Below are positions 26,819 through 39,900 of a DNA stretch of 64,000 nt, in pieces. The notes below the pieces were generated by a model. The model searched no databases. It was not told where the DNA came from and saw only the letters and a program-made list of their open reading frames with translations. Every line of letters starts with the position of its first letter. Within the stretch, counting starts at the first letter, position 1. The stretch covers positions 540,181 to 604,180 of the forward strand of contig NW_003314311.1 of the NCBI RefSeq assembly GCF_000143415.4, in the 5' to 3' direction. This stretch comes from Selaginella moellendorffii (taxonomy: Eukaryota > Plantae > Lycopodiophyta). The position numbers were made by a program, and so were the translations under genes.

Positions 26819-27751
26819 CTAACTCTCCCAATCCACACTAGATACATGGCCATTCTTATCCCAATGTATTTTGATTTTTGAGACCAAATCTCCTGGAGAA
26901 GTATATGCATAAAGTTCATTCTCTCCAACCGCAACCAATTTGGTTACTGGATTGCCTTCCAGCTTTCCATCCAAAAATTCCCAATCAGATTCATTTTCAT
27001 TCCAAAAGAAGAGCCAATTCGTGTTGGTGTCACGGAACCACTTCACCATTACTAGCACAACGTTGTTTAAAGTTGTTATACCCGGGATCACACCATCTTC
27101 AATAACGTCCGTTGCAAACGGTGGCCTCCACCCTTTCTTGTTAACACCCTTGTAATCCAAATCTAGAAACCTCCATTCTAGCTTTACTGTTTTAATTCCG
27201 CACGGAAAACTTTCGCGTTTAAAAACCCCAACAATCCCATCCTGTAACACAAGCAACCTCTCCAACTCGCAACCTAAAGGAAGTCTTTGTTGCAAACTCC
27301 ATTTGTCCAACCGCGGGTTATATTTTTGCAACTTGAAATCAGCAGCAACGTAGATATTATTTCTGAGATACACCATTTGTAAATTGTTCATAAAGTTGGT
27401 GAGCCAAGTGATGGGATGACTAGTTCCATTTGAAAGGTTGAACAAGTGAGCTTCTCCAAGCTTTCTACAATACGTTATCACAAACCCCTCCATGCAACAC
27501 ATAACGTCCCACTCATCGCTATGATCTCCAGTAGGGCATGAAACTGCTGCCTGCCCTAATATCTGACATGGAAGCTTTATCATCTGAAAAGATTGGTCTT
27601 TCGACTGATCTTCGACTTCTCCAGAAGAACCCCCTTTGCCAATTGCCTTTCCAGTAGAAGTACCTAGACCATCAAGCCTCACAACACTTGCCCTTGAAAT
27701 AATTTCCTTCAATAAGTCGTCTGGCAACATGTCAAACCCTAAACATGCCAA
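26819..27751 (-). CDS. F-box-like protein with a kelch/beta-rich C-terminus
   Basis: 310-aa ORF with N-terminal LPDDLLKEIISR (F-box start) and IYVAA..QKYNPRLDKWS kelch-like motif. Confidence 0.55.
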   Translation of the reverse strand: MACLGFDMLPDDLLKEIISRASVVRLDGLGTSTGKAIGKGGSSGEVEDQSKDQSFQMIKLPCQILGQAAVSCPTGDHSDEWDVMCCMEGFVITYCRKLGEAHLFNLSNGTSHPITWLTNFMNNLQMVYLRNNIYVAADFKLQKYNPRLDKWSLQQRLPLGCELERLLVLQDGIVGVFKRESFPCGIKTVKLEWRFLDLDYKGVNKKGWRPPFATDVIEDGVIPGITTLNNVVLVMVKWFRDTNTNWLFFWNENESDWEFLDGKLEGNPVTKLVAVGENELYAYTSPGDLVSKIKIHWDKNGHVSSVDWES

Positions 27752-28689
27752 GCCGACCTTGTTCTTTTATACTCAAACCAATACCCTTTCATTTATAAAC
27801 TTTTTTATGAGATCTTTTGGCGGTATGAGATTCGAGAAATAGCGCCGTGAGTTTAGCACTAAGTTTGTCTGATTCGTGTACAACCCACAAAGTTTTGTTT
27901 GAGCTTGCTGGAGTTACTTCCACGGCATGTGATACTTGACTCCTGCTCGTCCGAACCAACTAGATGCCACTTTTGTGCCTTGAATGCTGCTGCCACTCAA
28001 GGATTGCTTCGATCTAGTCACAGCGAGAGCCGGCTCCAGAGATTCACGAGTGGGTAATCCAAGACTCGTATCTCTCGCTGTTATAACTCCTCCATGTTCG
28101 AACGGCTGTAACAAGTCCTTTGCGTCAGGCAATTTCCATAGCTGCGTCTTTCTCGTCCATCTCTTGATCCAGGGCTCCCGGAAAAGGCAAGGATGGGAAC
28201 GAAGAAAACAGATGACGATATCAACTTAGTCTACACACCAACACTTGTTCTTGACATGTTGAGCTGAAGCTTGTTATAGGTTTCGTCAGTGATATATACA
28301 AGTTTCTTGTTTCTTGTTCTTGACACGTTAAGCTGAAGCTAGGCAAACAATACTTTCCTATCAACTTTGTCAGCTCACTTGCCTCATTTTGAGGATTGGA
28401 GAGAGCTGAGCTGCCAATCTTAAAGGTCGGTCCTGATATTGCACATGGTAGCATTGTCATCAAGGCATCTGTTGATCGCCAGTTCTTCCAGCTGGGAGAA
28501 TAAAAAATGTAATTTCGGTGGTGTATAGGCATAAACCTTGATAGATTGCTGAAGCAGAGTACACAGTGGCATCGTCAGAAACAAAAGAGATAGTTTGGCT
28601 GCGATGAATGCTGGTTGAGCTGAAGCAAGCACAGTCACAAACGACTCCGTTGTTCTGCAACAACAAAAGCACAGTCGCCACGTTGAAAA

Positions 28690-29878
28690 ATCTAGTGTTT
28701 CACTCCAGCTTCTTGTCCTCGCTTGCACTGCTCACTTCTGCTGCTTGTGCCGCTCGCTGCTGGTTGCTGCATTGCTCGGGCATAAGTCTTGTGCTGGTAA
28801 GTCAGTGTCGATTCCAAGAGATCAAACAGGGGTTCCCACTCTGGAGCAAACACCAAAGAGAGAGAGAGAGAGGGAGAGATGTTTAGACACGATTGGTCGA
28901 AGGAAACTAGAACAAAGCCAGAACACTCGATCGTGGCTCTTACCCAGTTGTTTCTTGACGATCGTCATGTCTGGAATGCGCTTGTCGCTGTCATCATATC
29001 CCTCCCCGTAAAACTCTTTCGAGCTCATGGGCTCATCCATACACCTGTGTGTCACCAATAAGAAGTACGAAGATAAGCCTGGGAAACTGAAAGAAAGTTT
29101 TCAAAACAACACTTGCCTCAGAAAGTTCTCTAACTGTCACTTCGTTGTTTGGGTTGCCCATGTAACCATTTTCTTGTTATGGATTTTCTTGTCGTGGTTC
29201 CAATTGATTAGACTACATTTGGATTTATTCCAGCATCATAGAGACTTACCACCATACGCATCACCGTGTCAATGGCATCCTTGATGTACACGAACGTCCG
29301 TTGTGATTGTCCACCATCGACAAGCTTCATAGGCTCGCTCTTGAGCAAGTTCTACATGGAAGTAATAAAGTAATTCGTCACATAAAAAGAACACCGACAG
29401 CTAGACTCCACAGAAATGTGGTGGCTTGCATACTGTACTGAAGAAAGCCAAAACTCTTTGTATGCCTTCGCTTGGCCCATCGATCCCGGGAATAAAATCC
29501 ATCCGTGGCCCACTCCAGTTGAACGATTGTGAATTCAAGGCCGTTCTCTGCTCCCTAGATTATAAAACACCACACCCACATCCTTAGTTCCTTTCAGACA
29601 GAAACTTTGCTTACCATAGATCACAGCTGCTTTGCACAAACATATGACCATCACTGCTTCTCAATCGGGCCAAAAATGCAAGGAGACTCGTCCTCCTTAA
29701 GCACGTAGTAACTTGGGTCCTATCGCCACAAACAGAAAAAAAAATACAATAGAAGCAAAGGTAAAATCAGACAGATCGAAATCAACAAAAAAAACAGAAA
29801 TACATACCTTCCTCAAAGAACTGTCCAGCTTCTAATCGTTTTTCCATATACTTCGCACGAACGCAAGCAGAAAGCATC
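28690..29878 (-). pseudogene. AXS: UDP-D-apiose/UDP-D-xylose synthase pseudogene (3' two-thirds)
   Basis: Exons CEVYGKTI, YYVLKEDESPCIFGPIEKQ*WSY, GPRMDFIPGIDGPSEG, LVDGGQSQRTFVYIKDAI, SSKEFYGEGYDDSDKRIPDMTI, DLLESTLTYQHKTYA. Stops and deletions present; no Rossmann N-terminus seen. Confidence 0.88.
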
Positions 29879-30037
29879 TACAAGAAGAAAACTCAATCAC
29901 ATATTTAAACATAGCTTCAAAACATGAACACGAACATGAACACGGCATTCAATTTTTTGAACACGAACACGGAACACGGAAATGAACACGGATAAACACG
30001 GGTGAAAACATGAATATTCTCTAGAATATTCTACTTA

Positions 30038-32104
30038 TCACTCCATCTCATCTAGAAGCTCCTCATTAGCAGGATCATCATCTTCATCTTCGTCCTCTTC
30101 TTCCATAGCTTCAATATCATCATTAGTAATTTGAGGAATACTTTCTGTCTGGCTCAATCCCACAAACTTGTCATAGGAAGTGTGGCTCCCTATCAACTTA
30201 GTATTACTGGCCACAAATACCAAGTCTGCAATCCGGTTCACTACTAAGCAATTCCTCTTCTTTGAAGCGATGTGCCCAAAAATGCTGAACAATCGCTCCA
30301 CATATGAGGAAGAACTTGCCTGACTAAGCACTTGAATTGCCAACCTCTGCAAATTTGGACCTGAGTAGCCATTGTCCTCCCACCACTGCACAGAACCCTT
30401 TGTTGTACGATCCATCTGAGAGTCTCCGGTGCCAAAACTACCCTCCAAGTTCCTGTATTGGCAAAGCTGATTTTTTATAGTTGACCTTTGCTGATAGTCA
30501 GGGAACTGGATCTCCAAGTACATGTTCCAATCTTTGGAAACTTCCCTGGATTTTTCCTGTCCTCGCCCCTGAAACTCTGGATCAAGCATGTATGCCACGG
30601 AGTGAAAGGTGCTATGATAAGCCCACCACCTGTTTGAAATCAGTTGGTTTAGCTCCTCATACCTAAGATTGTTCTCCTCTTGTTGACGGATGTTCTCGCT
30701 CATCTGATCCATCCCCTTGTAGACCTTCCCAATCACAGGCATGTCTCTGTCAACCATCCATAGCAAATACATCACCCTCCTTGAAACACCTAGCATGTGG
30801 TTAACCTCGTTCCAGTATGTATCGTTGAACACAATTCCTTGGCATGCTATCCCAGAATCTGTCCTTGACTCTAGCCTTGCAATGTAAGCGTCGCTCACAA
30901 ACATTTGTTGTAGCTTTGGCCTCAACTCCACCAATCTCTCCATCATAAGAAAGTTGAAGGCGAATCGTGTTTCGCTGAACTTCAACACTCGTCGTGAAGA
31001 GAAGGATGCCAAAATCGCTACTAGATGCAAATGGTTCCGGAGGAAGCCAACTAGAGTCTTTCCCTTGTCTAGTAGCCCAACCATCCATGGTAGTTTTGCG
31101 AAATCCTTGAGAATGTTGTTCAAACAATGAGCTAAGCATGGAGCCCACATAATCCTTGGCTTCCTCGCCTCTAGAAGCCTAGTAGTAGCCTTGTTTGAAG
31201 CCTCACCATCCGTGACAATAAAAACAACATTCTCCTCTCCAACAATCTCGATACCTCACTCCCATGTCGCAAAAACGTTATTAGCCGTCTTCCCACTAGA
31301 AGATATATCAATGGCCTCGAGAAAAGTCGACTGTCCTCTGCTGTATGCAACAAGCCCCATGATATGTCAATTTCTTGTGTCATTCCATGCATCAGCAACA
31401 AGAGTAACCCCACAATTCTTCTAACATGCCTTCACCTTGGCAAGTTGAATTTCAAGATTGGCTTTCTCCACTTGCAACAATTGCTCTCGCAATGCTGTCT
31501 CTGTTGGAAGATCGTAGGGAATTCCATGCCTTGCAATCTGCTGCACCATCTCCTTAAATTGGTGAGAACGAGCTTTCACAAATGGTATGTGCTCATTCTA
31601 GAAAAATCGTCCTATAGCCATATCCACTGCTTCCTTCCTTTTTGGATCAAAAGAATCCCGGATTCCTTGTTGTTGTTGTGAAAAAAACCTGGAAATTCCT
31701 TCTATAGAATTGCCACCTGGTGTAGAACTCTGGGAAGCAACAAAACTCTCTCCTTTAGTGCTTTGGATGCCTTCGACACGTGTAGAAACTGCTCGTTTCT
31801 TGCTTTGGTGTTTTCCAGCCAAAACTTGGTCGTCGATGGTTTTAGCCATCTCCCTAAGCTGTTGTCTCTTCTCTGCTGAGATGACATCACAATTTAAGAT
31901 TTCATGACCAGCTTCCCCTGTGAGATGTCCCCTCACACGATCCACACCTGAGACTTTGTCTCTCAACAAACACCACTTGCAAGACCAGTGTCGATGCCCA
32001 CTATGGCAGTTTGTTTGATCACCAAGGATCATTTCTTCCCACCAAACGGATGATGGATGTCGCCCTGTTGAAGTCCTCCTGCTCTGGCTCCCAGATGCCA
32101 TCAC
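30038..32104 (-). pseudogene. hAT transposase (BED finger, DUF659-like core, dimerisation domain) with in-frame stops
   Basis: WSCKWC..RGHL; LVADAWND; VTDGEAS; PCLAHCLN; SETRFAFNFL; WWEDNG..LAIQVLSQASSSSYVERLFS. Four in-frame TAG/TGA stops between 31250 and 31600. Confidence 0.92.
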
Positions 32105-32255
32105 TCAGCTCAACCTCTAAAATCCTGCACCTGCTTCTACTCCAATCCACAATCACTCAGTCCAACCTCTAAAATCCCACACCCTGCTGCTGCTCCAATC
32201 CACAATTGCTCAGCCTCCAAAATCCCACACCCTGCTCCTATTCCAATCCACAATC
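32104..32255. repeat. Three tandem ~50-bp repeats upstream of the hAT transposase
   Basis: CTCAG..CCTCTAAAATCC..CCTGCT..CTCCAATCCACAAT repeated three times. Confidence 0.7.
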
Positions 32256-33469
32256 GGTCACGCCCTGCGCCTAATAAATTTTTGAAAAACTCAAAATTTT
32301 AGAATCATGCCGTCAATAACACAATCGCAATGCCAAGCAACTAAGAATCACAACAATCTACAAAGATGCAGTGCCAAGCAGCTAAGAATTATGGCAGAAA
32401 CAATCCAAGGAGAAAATTTGGGAGAGAAAATCTACAAACCTGGAGACAATGATCAGGAATTTTTTGCAGCGAAATCAGGTGTGGCTGAGTGCCATTCCTC
32501 CCACTCCAGCGCTAGAATCCTAGAGAGGGCATTCCCAGCCCAAGAAAATCGCCATAGATCGCTGGAAAAACCTTTTGATTGATCGCAAGACAAGAAAACA
32601 TCAAAGCACAAAACGCTCACATGAACCACGTGAACTATTGTTTTAGAACACGGCATGGTCACATGGTATTTGACTGTGTTTCAACCGTGTTTGGAGCCGT
32701 GTTTTGGAGCATTGACCGAGTCAATGAACACGGCCCGTGTTAACACGGCTGGGGGCCGTGTTCGTGTCACCACGCCAACACGCCGTGGTGCATGGCGTGT
32801 TTTGAAGCACTGTATTTAAAGCTGTGTTATAATACCTCCATCGTACTGCTATAATCCGTGAACAAGTGCCTTGCTGCATTGCATCCATTGGATTCTCCTT
32901 GCCTGGACATAGAAACCATAGAAATCAATCCAAAAATGGGGACAGCACCAAGATATTTGGACATGGTCAGGACAGCAGATCCCTGGTGTTTTGATCGGGG
33001 CTCCAATACCCGCAGAGCATGCAGCGGCAGCTAAGGACTGATCTCCGTTGCCATGGCACAGGACAGCGCCATGGCTAGAACAGCTCCATAGGATCAGATC
33101 AGATAGGATCGGAGGTAGATTTCAATGCCTGGATGCTGCCTCGCTCCTAGTGCCCTGCTTCCAGCTGTGAAACGTTTGTGAAAAAATTTCATACGATTAA
33201 ATCACTGGAGTTTAATTGATATTTCACAATGAATGAAATCAAGGACTTTTCTAGTATGAAGCTAGGCAAACAATACTTTCCTATCCAAAAGTATCGAAAT
33301 AATTTTTTTTGAGAAATTATAAAATGTAATTTGATTTATTTCTAGTTGTTATATGGTAATTTTTTATATGTATAACAAATATATATAGCTTAAAATAATT
33401 TATACCTTTTAATTTAAAAATATGGTTATAATTTATCATAGTTTTTATAAATTCTAAATATAATGTGAC

Positions 33470-33491
33470 TATATATATGTATGTATGTATG

Positions 33492-33529
<38 letters not shown>
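33470..33529. repeat. (TA)n/(TATG)n microsatellite
   Basis: Directly visible. Confidence 0.95.
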
Positions 33530-33531
<2 letters not shown>

Positions 33532-35150
33532 ACTATGGGAAAAAGACCAATCCAATATATTTGAGACTACTAAATACATGAAACCAATTAGCAAGGACAT
33601 ATATTTAAGAGATTTCAAGGGGTATACTTTCTTCTTTATCTTAGGACATTTGCTTTGATATAGACAGTTAGATGTAATAGTAAGAGTACTTTCTTGAGTG
33701 ACATACTCCTCCTTAGTATATCCAGATGCATGAAGTTCTTTATTTGACAAAGTTGTCATGATCTACATCAGTAGTGGTTAGGCCCTTTTTCACATCCATT
33801 GATTCACTAGTATCCTCATAAAGTTCTGAGGTTAGTAATGAATCTTGTAGTGTTTCTACATTAAAGAAGTCATACATGATTTTTATATCCTCTTTAGTAG
33901 GAGGATCATCTGTAAAAAAAAAAGATAAACTTAAAAGTTAAAAGTATATTATGTACTTGAGTTTTGTTAGCTTACACTTGCTAGTGTTTGGAACCTCTTG
34001 CAATATTGAGCTTGGTCTCTCAATATTTGCTAAATGATAACTTATTATGTTTGCCAAAACACTTTTGCTATCATACCCCTTGTATTGGTTCTGGTGGTGT
34101 GGGGGGTTTTAAATGTATAGTAGGGATAGTAGTGGGTAGGTTAGGGTATGGCTGACCAACCTGAGGCATAATCTACCTCCTGCTTATGTGTTTGTCCTTG
34201 TTTTACATCTAACTTGGGTTTAAGTCCAAATTCCATTTCATACTAGTTGATTAAATACCTATATTCTCGCATTAGGCCACTAGTATATTGATATAATGCT
34301 AGACTTTGTTTGGCTCCATTTTGCATGTTAGTCATGGCATTAAGATACTAGATACTTTAGGACCATTCTAAGTCATTCTGTACTCTTGTCCTTTCACTCT
34401 TTGGGTTGTATGCTCAAGAGTCATTATGTGCTCTAGTTTTGTCACTCTTTGGCTCCATTCCTTCATTTTAGTGGCCTAAAGCTCTAAAACTTGAGTTCCA
34501 TTTGCTGTCTTTGGACATGTGGCATATAGAAGGTTTAAGTTCCACTTTGTGATTATTCTATAATAAATCACTATAGGATAAAGGGTGTAAATTATGTGTA
34601 CTACATTTGGTATCAGAAGATGAATCTCAATGAGTACTATCCAATGAAGATAGGCAATTGATTTCATTATATATGTAGAGATGAAGATTATGATCTAAGT
34701 GGGTACACGTTTGGGTGCTATAACTTCGCATTTATTCCAATTTAGTTGTTTAAGATTGAGATGTTAGTACCCATATTATAGCTTTGTTTATATGGGGGAT
34801 GGTCCAAAGTTGAGTTGAGCTCATGAGTTGAGCTCAATTCAACACAAGTCAACTCAAGTCAACATAGTCAATAAGAAATATTACAAAGGAGATCTAAATT
34901 GAACAAATGAAGGTTCTAGCAAACTTTAAAATATTAAAATACGTAAATATCTAAGTTAAAAGTTTCTATAAGATTGAATTATTTAAAAAAGACAAAGTTC
35001 ATGAGAACCTATCTTTTATAAAACTATATTATTTTATTATGACAACTGTTACAGCTGTCATATTTGATTTGACTACTTAATATTTTGAATACTTTTACAG
35101 CTGTAGATATTATTCCTTCATTCAAAAGAGTTTTTAGGGTTCTTGAGAAG

Positions 35151-35399
35151 ATGGGAAGCAAGGAAAATACAAGATCTGTGAGTAAGAGTTGTAGTGCAAA
35201 GGAATGTGAGAATGTTAATTTTGTTTCACTACCACAATCTCTATATTACACTCCTGGTCCTTATTACCCATCTGGGAATGTGGAGACCATTATCACGATT
35301 GATAAAAATGCTCCTGTTACTTCTGAAACAACAGTCCAGAGCAAAAGAAATGAAGAAATGAATAGCACAGCGGAAAACACCAAGAAATCTACTCCATAA
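35151..35399 (+). CDS. 82-aa micro-protein carried by the MULE (homologue of 43532-43789)
   Basis: VSLPQSLYYTPG..NAPVTSETTVQSK..STAENTKK matches the micro-ORF in the Sola-like element. Confidence 0.7.
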   Translation: MGSKENTRSVSKSCSAKECENVNFVSLPQSLYYTPGPYYPSGNVETIITIDKNAPVTSETTVQSKRNEEMNSTAENTKKSTP

Positions 35400-35861
35400 A
35401 ACTTTCCATGACATTTGTAATTTACATATTAATTCATATTAAAAACTCTATTGCTTGCCTATATCGCAATCCTCTCATATGATAAGACCAAGGTATATTT
35501 TGCAGTGAATCCTCATTAAAATTTTTTGGGAATTGTTTGTAAATAATGATAAAAGAAATCAAAATCTTTCGAAAGACTCAAAAGTAATATCACATCAAAG
35601 AATCAACTTTATTTACATTTCCAAGACTAAAAGGCAATCTCACATGAGAGAATGGTAGCGTGCCAACGTGCTCTACCACTATAATGTGGTCTATATTTCC
35701 TTGCAATTTATTTCCGTAGACATTTGGCATGTGTAGAAAAGAATATATGTGTAGCAAAGTAGGATTCATCATAATGATAGAGCATGTGTATACACGATAA
35801 TCTAAAATTCTAGAAGCTCTTATGTTTACAAGAAAGCTATGATTATGAAGCCCCATTTCCA

Positions 35862-36020
35862 AGACTGACATTTAAAGAATCTGAGTATTGTCAGTGTTAT
35901 AATAAATAAACCTCATTCCCAAGAATCTGAGTATTGTCAGTGTCATAATAAATAAACCTCGTTCCCAAGAATCTGAGTATTGTTAGTGTCATAATAAATA
36001 AACCGCATTCCCAAGACTAA
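35862..36020. repeat. Three tandem ~47-bp repeats
   Basis: AAGAATCTGAGTATTGTCAGTGTCATAATAAATAAACCTC(A/G)TTCCC repeated three times. Confidence 0.9.
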
Positions 36021-36104
36021 AACTTAGTATATAAACTATCTAGAAAAGTTATAGTCATTGTAGGTTTTTTGTTCTCCTTGAGCTCCTTAGAAGTTTATAT
36101 TGAA

Positions 36105-36650
36105 ATGGCTCAAAGGAGACCCATTGCTAATCATACTTGGCCCCCCAGCATTTCATATCAATCTCCACCTCCATCCCCAAGTTCTACCAACATTCCACCT
36201 TCACCTCTACATAACAATCCTTTTTCTGCTGAGGGCTCTAGTGAAGCTGAATTAGAGCTCCCTATATGTGAAATTCCGGATCTTGCTACTAGAGAGGGAT
36301 TGCCTTTAGCGCTTCAAGAGCAATGCCACATGTTTTTGCAAGATCTTGCTCCTGACATGGCAGGACTACTTGAAAGCACAGAACGCTATTACATTCAGTG
36401 TCTAATATGCTACTTTTTCTTGGACAAGACAAATGGCTTTATGGGTTTACAAACTTTTCTTGAGCATTGTAAGAATTGCCCAACGGCAGGTCTGGAAAAT
36501 GTGCACATGTGGATGTACAATAGATTCAAGAATGAGTTACAGACACATACCCACTATCGCTTCATGGTGAGGAACAACATCCCCTTGGGAAACACTACAT
36601 TGGCTAGTGCAAAATATGGGGTTTTTAGGCCACCCTATAGTGGAATGTAA
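36105..36650 (+). CDS. MULE accessory protein, 181 aa, with a C2H2-type (zf-XS-like) finger
   Basis: Intact ORF with a Pro/Ser-rich N-terminus, then QCLICYFFLDKTNGFMGLQTFLEHCKNCPTAGLENVH. Confidence 0.6.
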   Translation: MAQRRPIANHTWPPSISYQSPPPSPSSTNIPPSPLHNNPFSAEGSSEAELELPICEIPDLATREGLPLALQEQCHMFLQDLAPDMAGLLESTERYYIQCLICYFFLDKTNGFMGLQTFLEHCKNCPTAGLENVHMWMYNRFKNELQTHTHYRFMVRNNIPLGNTTLASAKYGVFRPPYSGM

Positions 36651-36978
36651 GATCTAGAATTACTTTACTATACTATAGTATTGTCACTATTAAAAGAAAA
36701 AATATAATAAAATGATATTAGTTGTAGGTAACATACCTTGTTCTAGAAGGTGCTATCATATCATATACAATTGTTTACAAAATGTTGAAGGAGGAGATGG
36801 CAACACACAAACGCTACAAAGTGATGGTGACAGGTGAGAATGATAATCTATAATTATGGTATCTGACACTGACACTGACATCTGACAATTTTACTGACAT
36901 CTGACAATTTTACTGACATCTAACACTTTCACTGACATCTAACATATAACAAGCTTTCCATTTTATGTAAGGATGCAA

Positions 36979-39900
36979 TTAACTTTCTTCTGCCTCATCA
37001 TCAACATAATGATTTCTTTTATACTTCCTCCTATAGTGGTATTGTGGGGAAGATTCACCTTGCATATGTTGAGCCATGGCTTCTGCATAGTCAGGGAGAC
37101 TTCGAAAGCCTCCAATTCTAGAAACTCCAGGTGACTGTGATCTATAAAATAGAATGAAATATATATTGAAATTTTAATAAACATAATTTACCTCCTTGAG
37201 GTTGAAGGCAACTCACGAAATCCTCTGAGCCGGCGTTTGAAGAAATGATGTTCTTCAATAGCAAACACCGACCTACCAGAGTCACGTGCTGCCTCCACCA
37301 TAGAACCACTACCTGCTGTGCAATCAATCACAATACCATTTGGTGGGCAATAGAGCTCAAGCAAGACTTGCATTGCTGATGGAGTTCGGAATCGGTACCC
37401 TGGAAACGTGTTGCGGATCTGCTCATCCACAAGGTTGGGTATGATGTTAGTGGAACTGTCGTACCCAGGCAAAACACATGCTGCACGTTCGCTATCACGA
37501 AACCCATCATGTGTGTTTCTGTAGAAGGTATGATAGGTCCACATCATAACCTGGAAAATAAAAATGTTTAGAAATTAGATAAAAATATAAAATACATACT
37601 CACCTTTTCAGGCTTCCCTTGGACGCCCCTCGTATCAACGCCAATAGGATCCATAATGCACCCGGAAGAGAATGACTTGAAATGAACTTCTGCTGCGCAC
37701 GTCATAAAGCTCATACATCCAATTGGGGTCGTTCGGTAGGATGAAGACGACATGGCCAGCTTCGAGCATAAGTACTTCGGACAATAGGAATGCATCGCGC
37801 AAGTGGTCAGGTGTGAGAAAGTTCCAATCCTCAACTTTCCCATCGATATCTGAAAGACCATCTGGAAAGTCGAAGAGAATGAAGTCCGCAACTGGGAGCA
37901 CGGGCCTTTGTATCTTTCGGCACCAACGGTTGAACTAGTGGCGTATATCCATGTTGATATCGTCTTCTGTGAAAGATGTCAATAATCTACTGTAAGAGCC
38001 AATGAAGATACCCACAATGCCTCGTTGTGTTATTGGGGACACAGGACGGACCTATAAAAGAGCTAAGTGAATGAAAAAAGTAATAAATAGTATGATACCA
38101 TCATATGGCGTGTTGTCGATGAGAGTTCCTCCAACTCCTCTTCACGAGCATCTCGTTGAGCTGGAATGAAATTACTACCAACAGTCATTGCTGCAAAAAA
38201 CATGTATTACCACCTTTAGTTTGTAAAATTCACTTTTGCTTACCTTGAGGTCGACGTGATATTCTGTGAACCACTTGATCATTGTTATTTACTGGTAAAA
38301 CCTGATCCGGATCTTGGTTGTTTGATGGTTGAATTGGAGCCTGTTCCTGACTGTCTGGTGGTGGAACATGAACTTGATCTGGAGCTTCCTCATCCTCGTC
38401 TCCATCGTCACTTGCATTGCCATCGTTGCTAGCATTGATAATTTCCTCACGATCTAGTGTAGAGGTCTCCTTCCCTAGGAGCTCCAACTCCCAAGGGCAT
38501 TCTATCTTCCGTGCCTTCGGAACTCTCGCAAACATTGTTGGATACATTCCTCCATCTCTTACACCCTTTGCAACAAGTCGAGTGCAAACTGGTGCCTCAA
38601 ATGGCATGCCTCTATATCGAAGATACCTGTAAACAATATATATTAAAAAACAGTCTTAGAAATCATATTATACCTATAAGCTGCACGTCGCATGAAATAA
38701 GGTTGACCATGTTGGCAATCATAAGTTGTTGTGCTTGTAGACTTCTCTGGCAGCCACCCCTCTTCGATCCCTTCCAATGACGTGTTGATGTAGGTGTTGA
38801 AAGACATAAATGTGCCATCTGGATCGTCACCAATGTGTGGTGCCAAGAACTTCTCACCTTCACTTATAGTTTGCGTGATATAGACAGCCCTTCTCATCAT
38901 GTTCTCAAATAGTTCTGGCAGTCCTTTCTCTCTGTTCATCAAGTAGACATTGAGGAACTCCAGAGTCTCTATCTGTTGCTTATATGGAAGCTTCGATTTT
39001 GCGATATTGTAAATCATGTCATCTGGAGTTTTGTTCACTGCAAAAGTAACATATGCATAATTAAGAAAAATGAAGTGTGATAAAAAACTTACATTCATGA
39101 GAAGAAATTTCGGCTATAGTCTCTAGCCACTCCTTCGGCCTGCGATTGTCTGCAATACATACTAGTTTCTTCAACTTTGAGGACTTTGCATGCTAAATTT
39201 TGTGCTCAATTTGTACAAACTCAGCTGAGAGCTCTTCCCGACTCTTCTCCGGATATGCAAGTTCGTAAGCATCCTGCTTGACCTTCACCAAAGGCTAAAA
39301 ACCAAAACAATTAAAAGAGGCTTTTATAAAATAAAAGGGAAAGACATACCTTACACCACACAGCAAGCATAAAACTGATTGGGTTGTTGAACCAAGTTGT
39401 ACCGTCATTTCGAGTGCGTGAGTGCCGAACAAGTGTTGCGAGATCATCACCATAATGTTGGCGGATGTCATCCTCACTCAAGTTTGCCAAAAATCGAAGT
39501 TGCTCGATGTCATGGACAAGATTTTGTTTTTGAATAGCGAACTGCCCAAGCCTACATTTAAACACAACAAAACAAGTTAAAGTGGAGTTAGAGGTAAAAT
39601 TATAAAACTTACGCATTGATCTTTTGGCAGGCCAAGATAAGTCTGTTGACATCCAAAGGTCCCCTTGTGTAGACATGGCTGACTGGAACGTTGATATGGT
39701 AGACAGGATCATCACGAAAATGATCGTCGATACACTTCATCCAAGCTCCATATTGGTGGTTACCGTCAATAATTTGGAACATTATCCCCGCAAGCTGTCG
39801 AGTCTCAAGATGTCTGATAAGCATGTCATCAAATTCTAGGGACTTCCTCCTCCAAATAGGATCCCAGCTATTCACAATCTTGGGTGTGACAGTAATGATC

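Larger units (their letters stand above)
29910..32812 (-). mobile_element. hAT DNA transposon, full-length but decayed
   Basis: TIRs CATAGCTTCAAAACATG and revcomp CAGTGCTTCAAAACACG. Perfect 8-bp TSD TATTTAAA (29902-29909, 32813-32820). Subterminal AACACG repeats at both ends. Confidence 0.95.

Noticed and set aside
33240-33256. Helitron 3' end (CTAG followed by T)
   Set aside because: No subterminal GC-rich hairpin and no matching 5' TC end could be identified.
33540-34790. Defined LTR retrotransposon left of the MULE (PBS-like TGGTATCAGA at about 34608)
   Set aside because: Possibly an old remnant, but no LTR boundaries or coding motifs could be supported.
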